Shown piece by piece: positions 1 to 14,166 of a stretch of 64,000 bases of DNA. The position numbers were made by a program, and so were the translations under genes. Location of the stretch: sequence record MT446416.1. One strand, given 5' to 3'. How positions within the stretch are numbered: position 1 is the first letter of the stretch; the number at the start of each line of letters is the position of its first letter. The notes beneath the pieces were generated by a model. The model ran no database searches. It was not told where the DNA came from and was given only the letters and a program-made list of their open reading frames with translations.

Positions 1-193
1 ATTCGTATTTGTATTTGTTCAGATCAGTGATTTTAACAGCAGGTTCATCACCTGCTCCAATAACCACCAAATCCAGACCTTCAGTTTCTGCTAAAGCAAG
101 TGCTTTAGAGATTGCCATGACTTCACTTTTACCTTCCGTAACTAGACGGACAGTTTTTGCGGTGATTTCGTTATTGGCAATAATAGATTTCAT
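1..193 (-). CDS. infC: Translation initiation factor IF3-like protein (N-terminal domain; runs off the window edge)
   Basis: Manual translation MKSIIANNEITAKTVRLVTEGKSEVMAISKALALAETEGLDLVVIGAGDEPAVKITDLNKYKYE matches the IF3-N pattern (INxEIxAxxVRL...ALxxAExxGLDLV.....PV.KI.D..K..YE). A GGAG SD lies upstream. Not in the ORF track. Confidence 0.8.
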   Translation of the reverse strand, partial: MKSIIANNEITAKTVRLVTEGKSEVMAISKALALAETEGLDLVVIGAGDEPAVKITDLNKYKYE

Positions 194-262
194 GTAATAA
201 AAGCTCCGATATGGTTTTAATGTTCAATTCGATAGTAATTATAGCTAAGAACTAATGTTCTG

Positions 263-457
263 TCAAGCACTATCATTATGTTTTTTAATTGCTTCACAGA
301 TTGCTTGAACTTGCACTAGATAAGTTTTAGCAAACTCTGCTTGAGTACGCACACGTGGATTTGGTGCGTCTTTGATCATAAGTTCTAAGTCATAAACTAC
401 TTTATCGAAAACACCCTTGTCTTCAATAATACGATCATAAAAGGTTTTGTCAGTCAT
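263..457 (-). CDS. hypothetical protein
   Basis: 64 aa ORF with GGAG SD, co-oriented with neighbours. Confidence 0.6.
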   Translation of the reverse strand: MTDKTFYDRIIEDKGVFDKVVYDLELMIKDAPNPRVRTQAEFAKTYLVQVQAICEAIKKHNDSA

Positions 458-480
458 GTCAAGAACTCCATGTGGTTAAA

Positions 481-1047
481 TTATAATTTTACGTAAGAAA
501 CTACAGCAGCATCAGTTACAGAAGGTACGTTTAAGTACACATTCTCGTACTCAATGAAATCAACAGTGGTAGTAGATAGTGCATCTTTAACACGTTGGAT
601 TGTTTTCTGTACAGAAATTTCTTCATTCTCAATTGCGTTAGTACCATTACCTTTAAGTGATTCGTTTAACAATTCTTGAATAACTTCTGCTGCTTTAGCA
701 GTTTTAAGATCAACAGTGGTTAGTGCAGCTTGTTCTTCAACACTTAGAGTGCTTAGGAATGGCTCGTAGCTGATATAACCCACATTGATGGTTGCACCAG
801 TTGGAATAGTTGCTGCTGTGCCTGGGGTAGCAAATTCAACAGTACAATACACTGGGACAGAATAAGTTGATAGTAGACGTGTAACTTGTAGGTAACGTAG
901 TAGTGCTACAGACTTGTCAATTGTTTGTTGGTCGGTTGGTGCAGTTGTTGGGGAAGATGAATCATAATCTTCATACATATAATAAGGAATATTATCTAGA
1001 TTTGTCCCTGCAACTTCAATTTTGAATACTTGTAGTAAATTGTTCAT
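481..1047 (-). CDS. hypothetical protein, probably virion-associated
   Basis: Start moved to ATG 1047 (GGAG SD). A TAAATA late-type box is upstream at ~1083-1090. Thr/Val/Ala-rich. Confidence 0.55.
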   Translation of the reverse strand: MNNLLQVFKIEVAGTNLDNIPYYMYEDYDSSSPTTAPTDQQTIDKSVALLRYLQVTRLLSTYSVPVYCTVEFATPGTAATIPTGATINVGYISYEPFLSTLSVEEQAALTTVDLKTAKAAEVIQELLNESLKGNGTNAIENEEISVQKTIQRVKDALSTTTVDFIEYENVYLNVPSVTDAAVVSYVKL

Positions 1048-1130
1048 TGTATATTCTTCTCCATAATACAAAACACTTTTGATTATTTATTGTTAAGAAT
1101 CAAAATTATTTGTGTATATCATATAGTCTA

Positions 1131-2474
1131 TTAGAATCGTGCATTCTGACGCAACATAACATTGTAACGCGGTCGTGTCATAGCAGTGTATAGGATTCTG
1201 CATTTTGTATCGTTAGTTCCGATACGCTCAATAAAATCAGTATCAAACCAGATGTTATCGAATGTACTTCCTTGTGATTTGTGAACAGTTGTTGCATAAG
1301 GATAGTTGATAATATGTAATTTGTTTTTAATCACATAGTAATCTTGCCACATATATGGTTTCTTTGTCAATGGATTGATTTCTTTTTTCTCAATATTTTT
1401 AACTAGTTCATCGAGTTTAGCTTCCATTGCAATTCTCGTTTCTGGTCCTACACCTAAGATGTAGCTACCATTTGGTAAACGGAATTGCCAACAATCAATA
1501 CCCATGAAACTTTCGGTTTTCACATCAGGACATTGGATGATTTGCTGAACCACATATGGACTGTTCTCAGTGATGCTTTCAAAGACAATCGGTTCACCTT
1601 TTGTGAATTCCTCTGGTACTTCAAACAATTGGCTACGAATGTAGATGTTAGCCAAGTTCACACGGTAGTTGGTGTATGCCAAGATTTTATTTTCATTAAC
1701 AAAATCAAATATCTTCTTAGCTGAACCTTTGTTCTCCATAATGAATTCACGGTAAACTTCCAAGAAAAGATCTTCATCTTCAATTGGTGTAATAGTACTC
1801 AGACCATGTGTCTGGTGCATAATATCAAACGGGTTCTTGGAAGTACCTATACACTCGCGGATTGCAGTTGCAATTGCAAGTATAGGGTTATCCAACGCTT
1901 GACGTAAAACTTCTGTTAATTCATATTGTACTGGAACATCAAAAGCAGGGGAAAGCTTAGTTTCTCCTATTGTGCCTTCTGATTCAACTGGAGGCAACTG
2001 ACAGCGATCACCGATGAATAAAACCGCTCGGCGAACACGCCACAATTGATCCTGAATGTGTTGAAACAGTTCTTCTGAAATCATACTACATTCATCGACA
2101 ATTAGAATATCAACATTAGTATTACTAACTTTACTTTGTGGGTCATGCTTCAGTACTTGACGATTCTTTTCATATACTAGTTTTAAACCTAGAAATGAGT
2201 GAATAGTACTAACCTGTGCATCTTCTTTAGTTAACCCAGCATTGTTGATTAGCATATTGCGAATAACAGAGTTTGCCTTGTGTGTTGGCGATGTTACTGC
2301 AATATTGTAATTTTTACACAGTGCTTTAACAATCTCAGCAGTAGTGAAAGTTTTACCTGTACCCGCTGGTGCTGACAGTACAGATATAGTTTTACCTGCA
2401 TAATTATAAACACGATCTACAAAATTATCAAAAATTTCTTGTTGCTTATCCGTAAGCTTGATTTTACTCATCAT
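1131..2474 (-). CDS. dda: Dda/RecD-like SF1B DNA helicase
   Basis: Walker A APAGTGKT, Walker B LIVDECSM, IGDRCQLPPV, YATTVHKSQGSTF, LYTAMTR. Confidence 0.88.
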   Translation of the reverse strand: MMSKIKLTDKQQEIFDNFVDRVYNYAGKTISVLSAPAGTGKTFTTAEIVKALCKNYNIAVTSPTHKANSVIRNMLINNAGLTKEDAQVSTIHSFLGLKLVYEKNRQVLKHDPQSKVSNTNVDILIVDECSMISEELFQHIQDQLWRVRRAVLFIGDRCQLPPVESEGTIGETKLSPAFDVPVQYELTEVLRQALDNPILAIATAIRECIGTSKNPFDIMHQTHGLSTITPIEDEDLFLEVYREFIMENKGSAKKIFDFVNENKILAYTNYRVNLANIYIRSQLFEVPEEFTKGEPIVFESITENSPYVVQQIIQCPDVKTESFMGIDCWQFRLPNGSYILGVGPETRIAMEAKLDELVKNIEKKEINPLTKKPYMWQDYYVIKNKLHIINYPYATTVHKSQGSTFDNIWFDTDFIERIGTNDTKCRILYTAMTRPRYNVMLRQNARF

Positions 2475-2496
2475 TCCCTCGACTGATTATTACACT

Positions 2497-3805
<1,309 letters not shown>

Positions 3806-3882
3806 TTATTACTTTAACTCCATATAAACTATCAAAAAAACGTAAATTTGGGTAAATACTTTATAAAAATAACAATAAGATT

Positions 3883-5336
<1,454 letters not shown>

Positions 5337-5338
5337 AA

Positions 5339-6743
<1,405 letters not shown>

Positions 6744-6745
6744 TC

Positions 6746-6774
6746 ATTATAGCACAGTTCTGGTGTTTGTCCTA
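6746..6774 (-). promoter_or_regulatory. phage-type promoter TAGGAC-N17-TATAAT (extended -10 TG)
   Basis: Read directly; one of ten similar sites. Confidence 0.7.
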
Positions 6775-6778
6775 AATT

Positions 6779-6946
6779 TTATTCGGCTGGTACAAACATG
6801 ACAATGTGTGCCTGAACGACTCTAGTACCATCTACCAGTACAAGGCCATTGGGACAAACATCAGATACTGCACCAGTTACCTTAAATCCACCAGTTAGGT
6901 AGAAGTCATAGATAACATTACGCTCAATTGTAAAAATATCACTCAT
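6779..6946 (-). CDS. small Sm/Hfq-like protein
   Basis: FYLTGGFKVTGAV vs Hfq Sm1 IYLVNGIKLQGQI; RVVQAHIVMFVP vs MVYKHAISTVVP; 55 aa. Confidence 0.5.
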   Translation of the reverse strand: MSDIFTIERNVIYDFYLTGGFKVTGAVSDVCPNGLVLVDGTRVVQAHIVMFVPAE

Positions 6947-6994
6947 ATAAATTCCATAAGAAAAGGGATTCATAGAATCCCTGTTAGTTTTATT

Positions 6995-8119
6995 TTATAG
7001 TTTAAATGGAGAGAATGTATCTCCTTGGATATCATTCACAATACCACCAATGATATAAGAACTGATTTCAGTTTCTTGTGGTGCTACCTGTACAGAACTA
7101 CCACTTACCCAGTGTTCAGTCCACGGTAGTGGGTTACTCTTGGATACAGTATATGGACATTTGATACCAAGTGCCGTCATACGCTTAGAACCAATCCAGC
7201 GGACATACTGTTTAAGAATTTCAGAGTTCAATCCAATAATAGAACCATCTTTAAAGAGGAAATCTGCCCATGCTTCTTCTTGGCGAATAGCAGACATAAA
7301 CATTTCCAGTACTTCATCATAGCACTCTTCGGCAATTTTTACCATATCTGGATCTTCTTTCTTTAGAAGACGTAAAATCATTTGTGTTGCTGCTAGATGA
7401 AGGTTTTCATCACGACAAATTAGACGGATAATCTTTGCATTACCTTCCATGAGGTTGTTCTCTGCAAATGCCCATGAACAAGCAAAACTAGCATAGAAAC
7501 GAACACCTTCAAGAATGTTAATACTATTCAAACATAACCATAGTTTTTTCTTTAGGTCATACATATTAATTTCAATAGTTTTACCATTAACAGTATGAGT
7601 GCCTTCACCCAATGCACGATACAATGTTCCGAGTTCATCAAGGTCATCATAGTATTTTGAAACATCAGCAGCACAATCAGTGATTTCTGGAATGTCCAAC
7701 ATAGTATCAAAAACTTCAGATGGATTAGGATAAATGTTACGAATAATATGTGTATATGATTTACTATGAATAGCACCTTCAAAGAACGCCCATGTTTCAA
7801 TAAAGTTTTCAAGTTCAGGTAGAGATGCATATGGTAGTAGCATTAGGTTAGGACCACGACCTTGAACTGAATCAAGAAGGATTTGACGTTTTAAGTTTGA
7901 TGTAAAGATATGCTTCTCAGAATCATTGAGGTTAGCAAAATCAATTTTATCTTTAGATACGTCAACTTCACCTGGTGTCCAGAAGAAACTTTTCTGTTGT
8001 TCTGTTAGTTTCTCAAGTGTAGAGTATTTGTTACTTTCAAAGCGTTGGATATCAACACTTTCATCAAAAAACATATTCTTTTCTAGGTGAGACTTCTCAT
8101 TAATTTTGAAAACTGACAT
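6995..8119 (-). CDS. nrdB: Ribonucleotide reductase class Ia beta subunit
   Basis: LKRQILLDSVQGRGP, EGAIHSKSYTHI (radical Tyr), LEGVRFYASFA, RDENLH, VAPQETEISSY. Confidence 0.97.
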   Translation of the reverse strand: MSVFKINEKSHLEKNMFFDESVDIQRFESNKYSTLEKLTEQQKSFFWTPGEVDVSKDKIDFANLNDSEKHIFTSNLKRQILLDSVQGRGPNLMLLPYASLPELENFIETWAFFEGAIHSKSYTHIIRNIYPNPSEVFDTMLDIPEITDCAADVSKYYDDLDELGTLYRALGEGTHTVNGKTIEINMYDLKKKLWLCLNSINILEGVRFYASFACSWAFAENNLMEGNAKIIRLICRDENLHLAATQMILRLLKKEDPDMVKIAEECYDEVLEMFMSAIRQEEAWADFLFKDGSIIGLNSEILKQYVRWIGSKRMTALGIKCPYTVSKSNPLPWTEHWVSGSSVQVAPQETEISSYIIGGIVNDIQGDTFSPFKL

Positions 8120-8147
8120 ATATATTCCTTTATATTTGGAAAGATTA

Positions 8148-8165
8148 ATCCCGCCGAAGCGGGAT
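8148..8165 (-). terminator. hairpin with C(UUCG)G tetraloop after nrdA
   Basis: ATCCCGC-TTCG-GCGGGAT on the minus strand. Confidence 0.7.
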
Positions 8166-8171
8166 CTTTAA

Positions 8172-10490
8172 TTAGATCTTACAACTATCACAATCACCTT
8201 CATCTAAGTCAGGTAGTGTAGGCAACACAAACTGTCCTGATTCTGGTTTTGCAGCTTCTTTTAGTACTTTCTCAACATCCACTTCATCAGAACCATCATT
8301 AGTATTATGATAATACAGATTTTTCAAACCAACTTTGTATGCATACATTAGTTCAGTTAGTAGTGTTGACATTGGCAACTTACCATCAGGGAAGTGTGCT
8401 GGATTGTAACTGGTATTCACACTAATACTTTGGTCAATGTATTTCTGAAGAACACCACAGATTTGTAGATAACCGATGTTATCTTTCTGATCCCATAGTA
8501 AATCATATTTGTTTTTCAACTTATTGATTTCAGGAACGACTTGTTTAAGAATACCATCTTTAGATAGTTTCTTAGTTACAAGTGAACGAGGTTTCTCAAT
8601 ACCATTAGTACTGTTACTGATTTGTGCACTAGTTTCTGCTGGCATCAGTGCCATAGTTGTTGCGTTACGAATACCATATTGTTTGATATCCTGACGCAAT
8701 GTTTCCCAATCTTGTTTTAGTTCAGGAGATACCAACGCATCAATATCTTCTTTATAGGTATCAATTGGTAGAATACCTTTAGCATATTTTAGTGTATCAA
8801 AACCTTCACACTTACCTTTCTCTTTAGCAAGCTGTACAGAAGATTTAATTAGATAATAAGACCATGCTTCAGCCCACTCGTTAACTGTTTCCAATGCAGC
8901 TTCATTGTAACGTAAACCACGTTTAGCAAGGAAGTATGCAAAGTTAATGATACCAACACCTAATGGGCGATACATTTTCGTTGCACGGTCAGCATGAACT
9001 ACTGGGTAGTCTTGATAATCCAATAAAGAATCAAGAGCACGTACAGAAAGATCACATGCAGTTTCCATATCTTCTGGACGATCAAAGTTGCCCCAGTTGA
9101 TTGCACTCAAAGTACATAGACTAATCAAACCTTCACCAGTATTAATATCATCAAATGGCACAGATGGTAGTGCGATTTCTTGACACAAGTTGGATTGTTC
9201 AATTGGTGCAATTGATTCAATAAAGGTTGAGTGTGTGTTTGCATGGTCAATGTTTTGAATATAGATACGACCAGTTTCTGCACGCTCAGTCATTAGAGTA
9301 CTGAATACTTCAACAGCAGATACCGATTTTTTACGAATGCTTGGATCAGCTTCATACTTCTTGTACAGCTTTTCAAATTCTTTTTGGTTAGAACAGAATG
9401 CTTCATATAGCCCAGGAACTTCATTAGGACTAAAGAATGTAATATTCTTGCCATCAACTAAACGTTGATATAGTGTTTTGTTCACTTGGAAACAATAGTC
9501 AAGTTGTCGAACACGGTTGAACTCAGTACCTTTGTTATTTTTTAGTACTACAAGATTGTCAAATTCCAAATGCCACAATGGGAAGTGGACGGTTGCTGCA
9601 CCACCACGTACACCACCTTGAGAGCAGCTTTTAACGGTCTTAGCAGTTGATGCAATGAAAGGAATCAAACCAGTGTGTACTGCATCACCCGAACGAATCT
9701 CGGAGTCCAGAGCACGAATGCGGCCCATATTGATACCAAGTCCAGCTTTACGGGAAATATAACGTAGGATAGCGTGGTTAGAAGAACCAATACTATCTAG
9801 ACTATCTCCAACGTTTAGTACTACACAAGAACTAAACTGACGTGTATTAGTACGTAGACCAGCCATGATAGGAGTCGGGAGACTGATATCAAAGTTACTA
9901 ACAGCATCATAAAACTTCTTAACATAAGACATACGTACAGAGCGATCATACTCCATAAAGATGATTGCTGCAATGGTCATATATGCCATTTGTGGAGTTT
10001 CGTAGATTTTCTTAGTTACGCGATTCTTATATAGATACTTTCCTTCCCACTGACGCATAGCAACATAAGTGAATTTATCATCACGTTTATGTTTAATGTA
10101 ACGTCCAAGCTCTTCAATTTCTTGAAGTGTGTATTTCTCAAGAATTTCTGGATCATAGATTTTTGTATCTACCATTTCTTGTAGATGTGCAGTGTACTTG
10201 ATAGGGTCATAGTCACCATACACTTGCTTACGGATACTATAATTTAGTAAGCGACCAGCAACGTATTGGTAGTTTGGTGTATCTTCAGAAATAAGTTCTG
10301 CTGCTGATTTAATCAGAATATCATGAATAGTATTTGTTTCAATACCTTCAAAGAATTGAAGTTGTGCACGAATTTCAATTTCGGAAACAGATACACCACT
10401 CAGCCCTTCGGCAGCAAAAAATAAAATTTGATGGATCTTATCCAAAGATAACGGTTCTTTTTTTCCATTACGCTTGGTTACGTTAATCAT
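8172..10490 (-). CDS. nrdA: Ribonucleotide reductase class Ia alpha subunit
   Basis: ATP cone VTKRNGKKE, PTPIMAGLRT..RQFSSCV, SCSQGGVRGG, QSNLCQEI, C-terminal CDSCKI. Confidence 0.97.
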   Translation of the reverse strand: MINVTKRNGKKEPLSLDKIHQILFFAAEGLSGVSVSEIEIRAQLQFFEGIETNTIHDILIKSAAELISEDTPNYQYVAGRLLNYSIRKQVYGDYDPIKYTAHLQEMVDTKIYDPEILEKYTLQEIEELGRYIKHKRDDKFTYVAMRQWEGKYLYKNRVTKKIYETPQMAYMTIAAIIFMEYDRSVRMSYVKKFYDAVSNFDISLPTPIMAGLRTNTRQFSSCVVLNVGDSLDSIGSSNHAILRYISRKAGLGINMGRIRALDSEIRSGDAVHTGLIPFIASTAKTVKSCSQGGVRGGAATVHFPLWHLEFDNLVVLKNNKGTEFNRVRQLDYCFQVNKTLYQRLVDGKNITFFSPNEVPGLYEAFCSNQKEFEKLYKKYEADPSIRKKSVSAVEVFSTLMTERAETGRIYIQNIDHANTHSTFIESIAPIEQSNLCQEIALPSVPFDDINTGEGLISLCTLSAINWGNFDRPEDMETACDLSVRALDSLLDYQDYPVVHADRATKMYRPLGVGIINFAYFLAKRGLRYNEAALETVNEWAEAWSYYLIKSSVQLAKEKGKCEGFDTLKYAKGILPIDTYKEDIDALVSPELKQDWETLRQDIKQYGIRNATTMALMPAETSAQISNSTNGIEKPRSLVTKKLSKDGILKQVVPEINKLKNKYDLLWDQKDNIGYLQICGVLQKYIDQSISVNTSYNPAHFPDGKLPMSTLLTELMYAYKVGLKNLYYHNTNDGSDEVDVEKVLKEAAKPESGQFVLPTLPDLDEGDCDSCKI

Positions 10491-10556
10491 GTGTCATCCT
10501 TGTTATTTTGTTTATACAGTTCTTAAATTTTGTGGAAGAAAAAGGCGGGACGCCTT

Positions 10557-11138
10557 TTAAGGTTTGTCCCACCCACGATATACAAATTCTATGTGGTATC
10601 CTGAATTTAAATAATCCGCATTAACTATGTCAAATTGCATATTTCCAGTACTTGAATCATAAACTGGATTACTAAACAGAATAGATAAAATTGCATCAGT
10701 ACGATTTGTGTTATTCGACTGTGCAATCATTGTTGAAGAACCAGCAGCAACAATTTGCACTGTACCTGATTCTAAAATAGTCTCATTGCTATTATACGCG
10801 ATGTAGTCGATGAATACACGACTTTCACTTTCAATAATAACTTCAACACTCTCTTGGTTTTGTGGAATGTCTACTTCAAATGGACGGTTGATGATTTTGG
10901 ATACCGTTCTCCACGGTGAGAATTCGGTAATTATTTCCACGTTCTCTTTACCAGAGTTTGGAACAGTTTCCCATGTACGCCCAGCAACTAAGCTTGCAGG
11001 GTCTGATGAGGAAGGTAGGCCGATGAATACACGACCCACATCAGTACTGAATCCTATCTGGCCTTTTTCCAACGCGTCTGGTAAGTCACGTTGCTTACCA
11101 GTTCTTACTTGCTGTAACGCAATTTGTTGTTGTGCCAT
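10557..11138 (-). CDS. virion structural protein (fiber/baseplate-type N-terminal motif)
   Basis: LQQVRTG...LEKGQIGFSTDVGRVFIG motif of phage fiber N-termini; TAAATA box upstream. Confidence 0.5.
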   Translation of the reverse strand: MAQQQIALQQVRTGKQRDLPDALEKGQIGFSTDVGRVFIGLPSSSDPASLVAGRTWETVPNSGKENVEIITEFSPWRTVSKIINRPFEVDIPQNQESVEVIIESESRVFIDYIAYNSNETILESGTVQIVAAGSSTMIAQSNNTNRTDAILSILFSNPVYDSSTGNMQFDIVNADYLNSGYHIEFVYRGWDKP

Positions 11139-11166
11139 AAAAACTATCTCCTATAGTATTATAGGA

Positions 11167-11706
11167 TTATTTAGCGTTTTCTTTAACTTCAGCAATACGC
11201 TCATTGATTAGTTGAGATACAACAGAGCTATCAACGGAAGAAAGAATTGATTCAGGAACTAGGGATTTCAAGTGTTTTACATAGTTTGCAACACTTTTTA
11301 GTTCTTTGGTTTTTAGTGCTTCTTTGATAATATCCAAATCTTCTTTTGAAGCTTCAACACGTTCAATAACAACAACGTCTTCTTCTTCAACAACAGGTGC
11401 TAGTTCTTCAGCGATTACTTGTACTTCTTCAGATACTTTAATTTGTTCTTCAGTATCTACTACATATGATTCGATTACTTCTGGTGCAACATTACGAGAT
11501 ACTTCGTCAACACTAATATCTTCAGCAATTTTCTCTTTGATTACTTCTACTGGTTTTGCACCGCGAGATTTATAATCTTTAATATTAACTAAAAGTTTAT
11601 TTGAAAGTTGTAGTTTGTCAATTTCTTCATCACTTAGTTTGATTACTTCATCTAAGGAGTAGCCTTTACTTTCTAGTGCACGAATTGTATATAGGTCTTG
11701 TTTCAT
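11167..11706 (-). CDS. hypothetical protein, HhH-like N-terminus and acidic linker
   Basis: Start moved to ATG 11706, just after the upstream stop. Confidence 0.55.
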   Translation of the reverse strand: MKQDLYTIRALESKGYSLDEVIKLSDEEIDKLQLSNKLLVNIKDYKSRGAKPVEVIKEKIAEDISVDEVSRNVAPEVIESYVVDTEEQIKVSEEVQVIAEELAPVVEEEDVVVIERVEASKEDLDIIKEALKTKELKSVANYVKHLKSLVPESILSSVDSSVVSQLINERIAEVKENAK

Positions 11707-11710
11707 TTGT

Positions 11711-12430
11711 TTATGCTGTTCCATTTGATTCAATTTCTCCACGTAAAATATAGTATTGTTCAACTCTACCAATCCACATATCAACCGCATCTTTGAAGTC
11801 TTGTCCTTCAATAACGAATTCTTGATATTGTAAATTGTTAGGATCTTTTCTTACACAGATGAAAATTACACCACGCTCAATATTTGTTCCAAACATTTGA
11901 TTATGCGATAGTGCATATGCAGCGATTTGCATACGGTAATTTTCGATATGTTCCCATGTCTTTAATTTACGGGAATTCTTATAGTCCATGATAGAAGGAA
12001 TCCCATCATGAACCCCAACTAAGTCAGTTGTCCCAGCCCATAATCCTTCATAGAATAAGGGAACTTCCTGACCCCACACTTCATTGATTCTAGGCCATGC
12101 TTCTTCTTGAATTTTGTCAGCCATTCTACGGGCCAGAACTCGTATCGGCATACCACCTTGGTGGTCAGGCTTTCCATCCAGACGATATTCTAAGTTCTCG
12201 TGCATAAAAGTACCAACAGTACATGCTTCTAATGTAATCTCATTAGCTTTCTCTTCACCAACAAATTCTCTCCATTTTTTCAACCCCTCATTGTCAGAGG
12301 TGGCACTAAGAATTGTTGTTACTGACGGCAGATTCCCTGTTGGAGTTGAATAAAGGCGACCTTCGGGGCCGCCTTCAATTCTTTTGTAATCAACGTATGT
12401 ATATCTGCTAACAATTGGTGGTGTGTACAT
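11711..12430 (-). CDS. PD-(D/E)XK exonuclease
   Basis: LPSVTTIL, GTFMHENLE, EVPL...AGTTDL...IMDYKNS, QIAAYA. Confidence 0.82.
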   Translation of the reverse strand: MYTPPIVSRYTYVDYKRIEGGPEGRLYSTPTGNLPSVTTILSATSDNEGLKKWREFVGEEKANEITLEACTVGTFMHENLEYRLDGKPDHQGGMPIRVLARRMADKIQEEAWPRINEVWGQEVPLFYEGLWAGTTDLVGVHDGIPSIMDYKNSRKLKTWEHIENYRMQIAAYALSHNQMFGTNIERGVIFICVRKDPNNLQYQEFVIEGQDFKDAVDMWIGRVEQYYILRGEIESNGTA

Positions 12431-12476
12431 CCGTGTACTCCTAATTATAGCATCGTATTTTTGTTTGTCTCAGTTT

Positions 12477-12806
12477 TTATTGCTTATTTGCTGCAACAGC
12501 AGCTTTTGTTGCCCAATCTTCAACTTGGTCTTCAGAGTTCTGTTCAACTTCACCAGTACTTTCTGAATCATTACCAGTAAATGTTACAACATCCGAATTC
12601 GCATCTTGCACAAATGGCAAAGAGTTTAGAATATCCATCATAACATTATAAGGAACATCAATGTTGGTTCGCTTTTTGATTTCAGCGATTAAAGATTGTA
12701 GGTTCACTTCTTCGCGACCCGATGATACTAAAGACAACGCAATAGTAGTAATCATATTGCGTATGTCTTTACCAGGAGCCTCTTCTGTAAGATCTTGAAA
12801 TCTCAT
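12477..12806 (-). CDS. hypothetical protein (putative head protein)
   Basis: Compact ORF with SD in the co-oriented cluster. Confidence 0.6.
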   Translation of the reverse strand: MRFQDLTEEAPGKDIRNMITTIALSLVSSGREEVNLQSLIAEIKKRTNIDVPYNVMMDILNSLPFVQDANSDVVTFTGNDSESTGEVEQNSEDQVEDWATKAAVAANKQ

Positions 12807-12822
12807 TTAGATTCATCCTTAA

Positions 12823-13455
12823 TTATTTTTTAACGTATCCTAGTACACGTTTAACTTTCTTCTCGTTCTCAGATAGCCAAGTTTTCATTTCTTCTTTGTT
12901 TTTGAAGAATTTAGTACCTACAGTACCGCGAATACTTTCCATCTTAATACCAATTTGAGTTGGTTTTACAGATTCTTTCATTTCACGCTCAGTTGGGACT
13001 GGCTCAGAAATAATATCTTCTTCGAAATCAGCATCAGCACCCATGTCGAAAGTTGGGGTGTCAGCCGCAATGTCGATATCAACATCTTCACTACCAATAT
13101 CAGAAACTGCTGGGCCATCTGTGATATCACCAGTTAGTTTTAGAGTTTCAGTACTGATTTTGTCTTTAACATCCATTAGAGTAGTAACTGCATGTTGAAG
13201 TAGGTGACGAACGCTATCACTAAAGTTCTGTGCAGCATCAAGACCCTGTTCCGCTTTGATACGGTCAAGTAGTGGGCCTAGAACGTCAACGCCCATGTTG
13301 TTGATTACTTCAGACTGACGTTGTAGTTTGTCAACGATTTCACCTTTAACAGAGAGAACGATTTCAGCTTTCTCAATATTAGATTCGTTCAATTTGATGA
13401 ACTTCATTGCTTCAACACGTGAAGCAGATTCCATTAGTTTTTTGTAGTTAGACAT
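12823..13455 (-). CDS. hypothetical acidic protein (putative internal head protein)
   Basis: LMES, LNES, MKES, KMES motifs. Confidence 0.6.
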   Translation of the reverse strand: MSNYKKLMESASRVEAMKFIKLNESNIEKAEIVLSVKGEIVDKLQRQSEVINNMGVDVLGPLLDRIKAEQGLDAAQNFSDSVRHLLQHAVTTLMDVKDKISTETLKLTGDITDGPAVSDIGSEDVDIDIAADTPTFDMGADADFEEDIISEPVPTEREMKESVKPTQIGIKMESIRGTVGTKFFKNKEEMKTWLSENEKKVKRVLGYVKK

Positions 13456-13488
13456 TTGAATTTCCTTATAAAATATCACTAAATTTAT

Positions 13489-14166
13489 TTACTTTATATA
13501 ACCTTCACTCTTTAGAAAGTTCAGTACACGCTCTTTGAGTTTGTATGCTTCAGCTTTCTTTTCAGCGATGATGATATCTAAATCTTTTGCTTCATCGTAC
13601 TTCGACTCATTCAGAACACGTTGACGTTTCTGTGCAGCTTTCAATGCTTCGGTAATTACATTAGTATATTGTAAACCGGAACTGATGATACCAAGAACTT
13701 TTGCATCTGTCAACATTCTTCCTTCGTTGAGAAGGTTTACTAGTGTTAGTGCAGCTTCATACATCATAATATTATTCATGATAACTTGAGAACTATGATT
13801 ACATTTAACACTGTATACTTTTGTTGATTTAGTACCTTGAATTTTTTCTTCTACTAAACTCCAGTTAGTTTTAGGTTTAGCAGGTGCACGTTGTACAACA
13901 GGTTGTGCTGGTTGGTGACCAAGCATGTGTTCATTGTATGGGGCGTGGAATGGGACAACATGTGGATGTGTCTGTTCTGGATCAACACCATAATTCATAC
14001 CAGCTTCATTTAATGATGTCAATATGTCGGTCATTGCACCGATATCACCACCTGACTTGTAAGGAACACCAGACGCATTATGGGTTGCACCAGCTTCAAT
14101 GTCATTCAAACCGCTTAACAAATCAGCCATCTGATTAACTGATTGTTGATCGTACTCGTAATTCAT
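13489..14166 (-). CDS. hypothetical protein
   Basis: 225 aa, GGAG SD, LNES motif. Confidence 0.6.
   Translation of the reverse strand: MNYEYDQQSVNQMADLLSGLNDIEAGATHNASGVPYKSGGDIGAMTDILTSLNEAGMNYGVDPEQTHPHVVPFHAPYNEHMLGHQPAQPVVQRAPAKPKTNWSLVEEKIQGTKSTKVYSVKCNHSSQVIMNNIMMYEAALTLVNLLNEGRMLTDAKVLGIISSGLQYTNVITEALKAAQKRQRVLNESKYDEAKDLDIIIAEKKAEAYKLKERVLNFLKSEGYIK

Noticed and set aside
9-197. Plus-strand 62 aa ORF
   Set aside because: Antisense shadow of the IF3-like gene, which has the SD and the family motif
11711-12430. Cas4-like or CRISPR-associated reading of the PD-(D/E)XK nuclease
   Set aside because: No Fe-S cysteine set, no other cas genes and no repeat-spacer array seen
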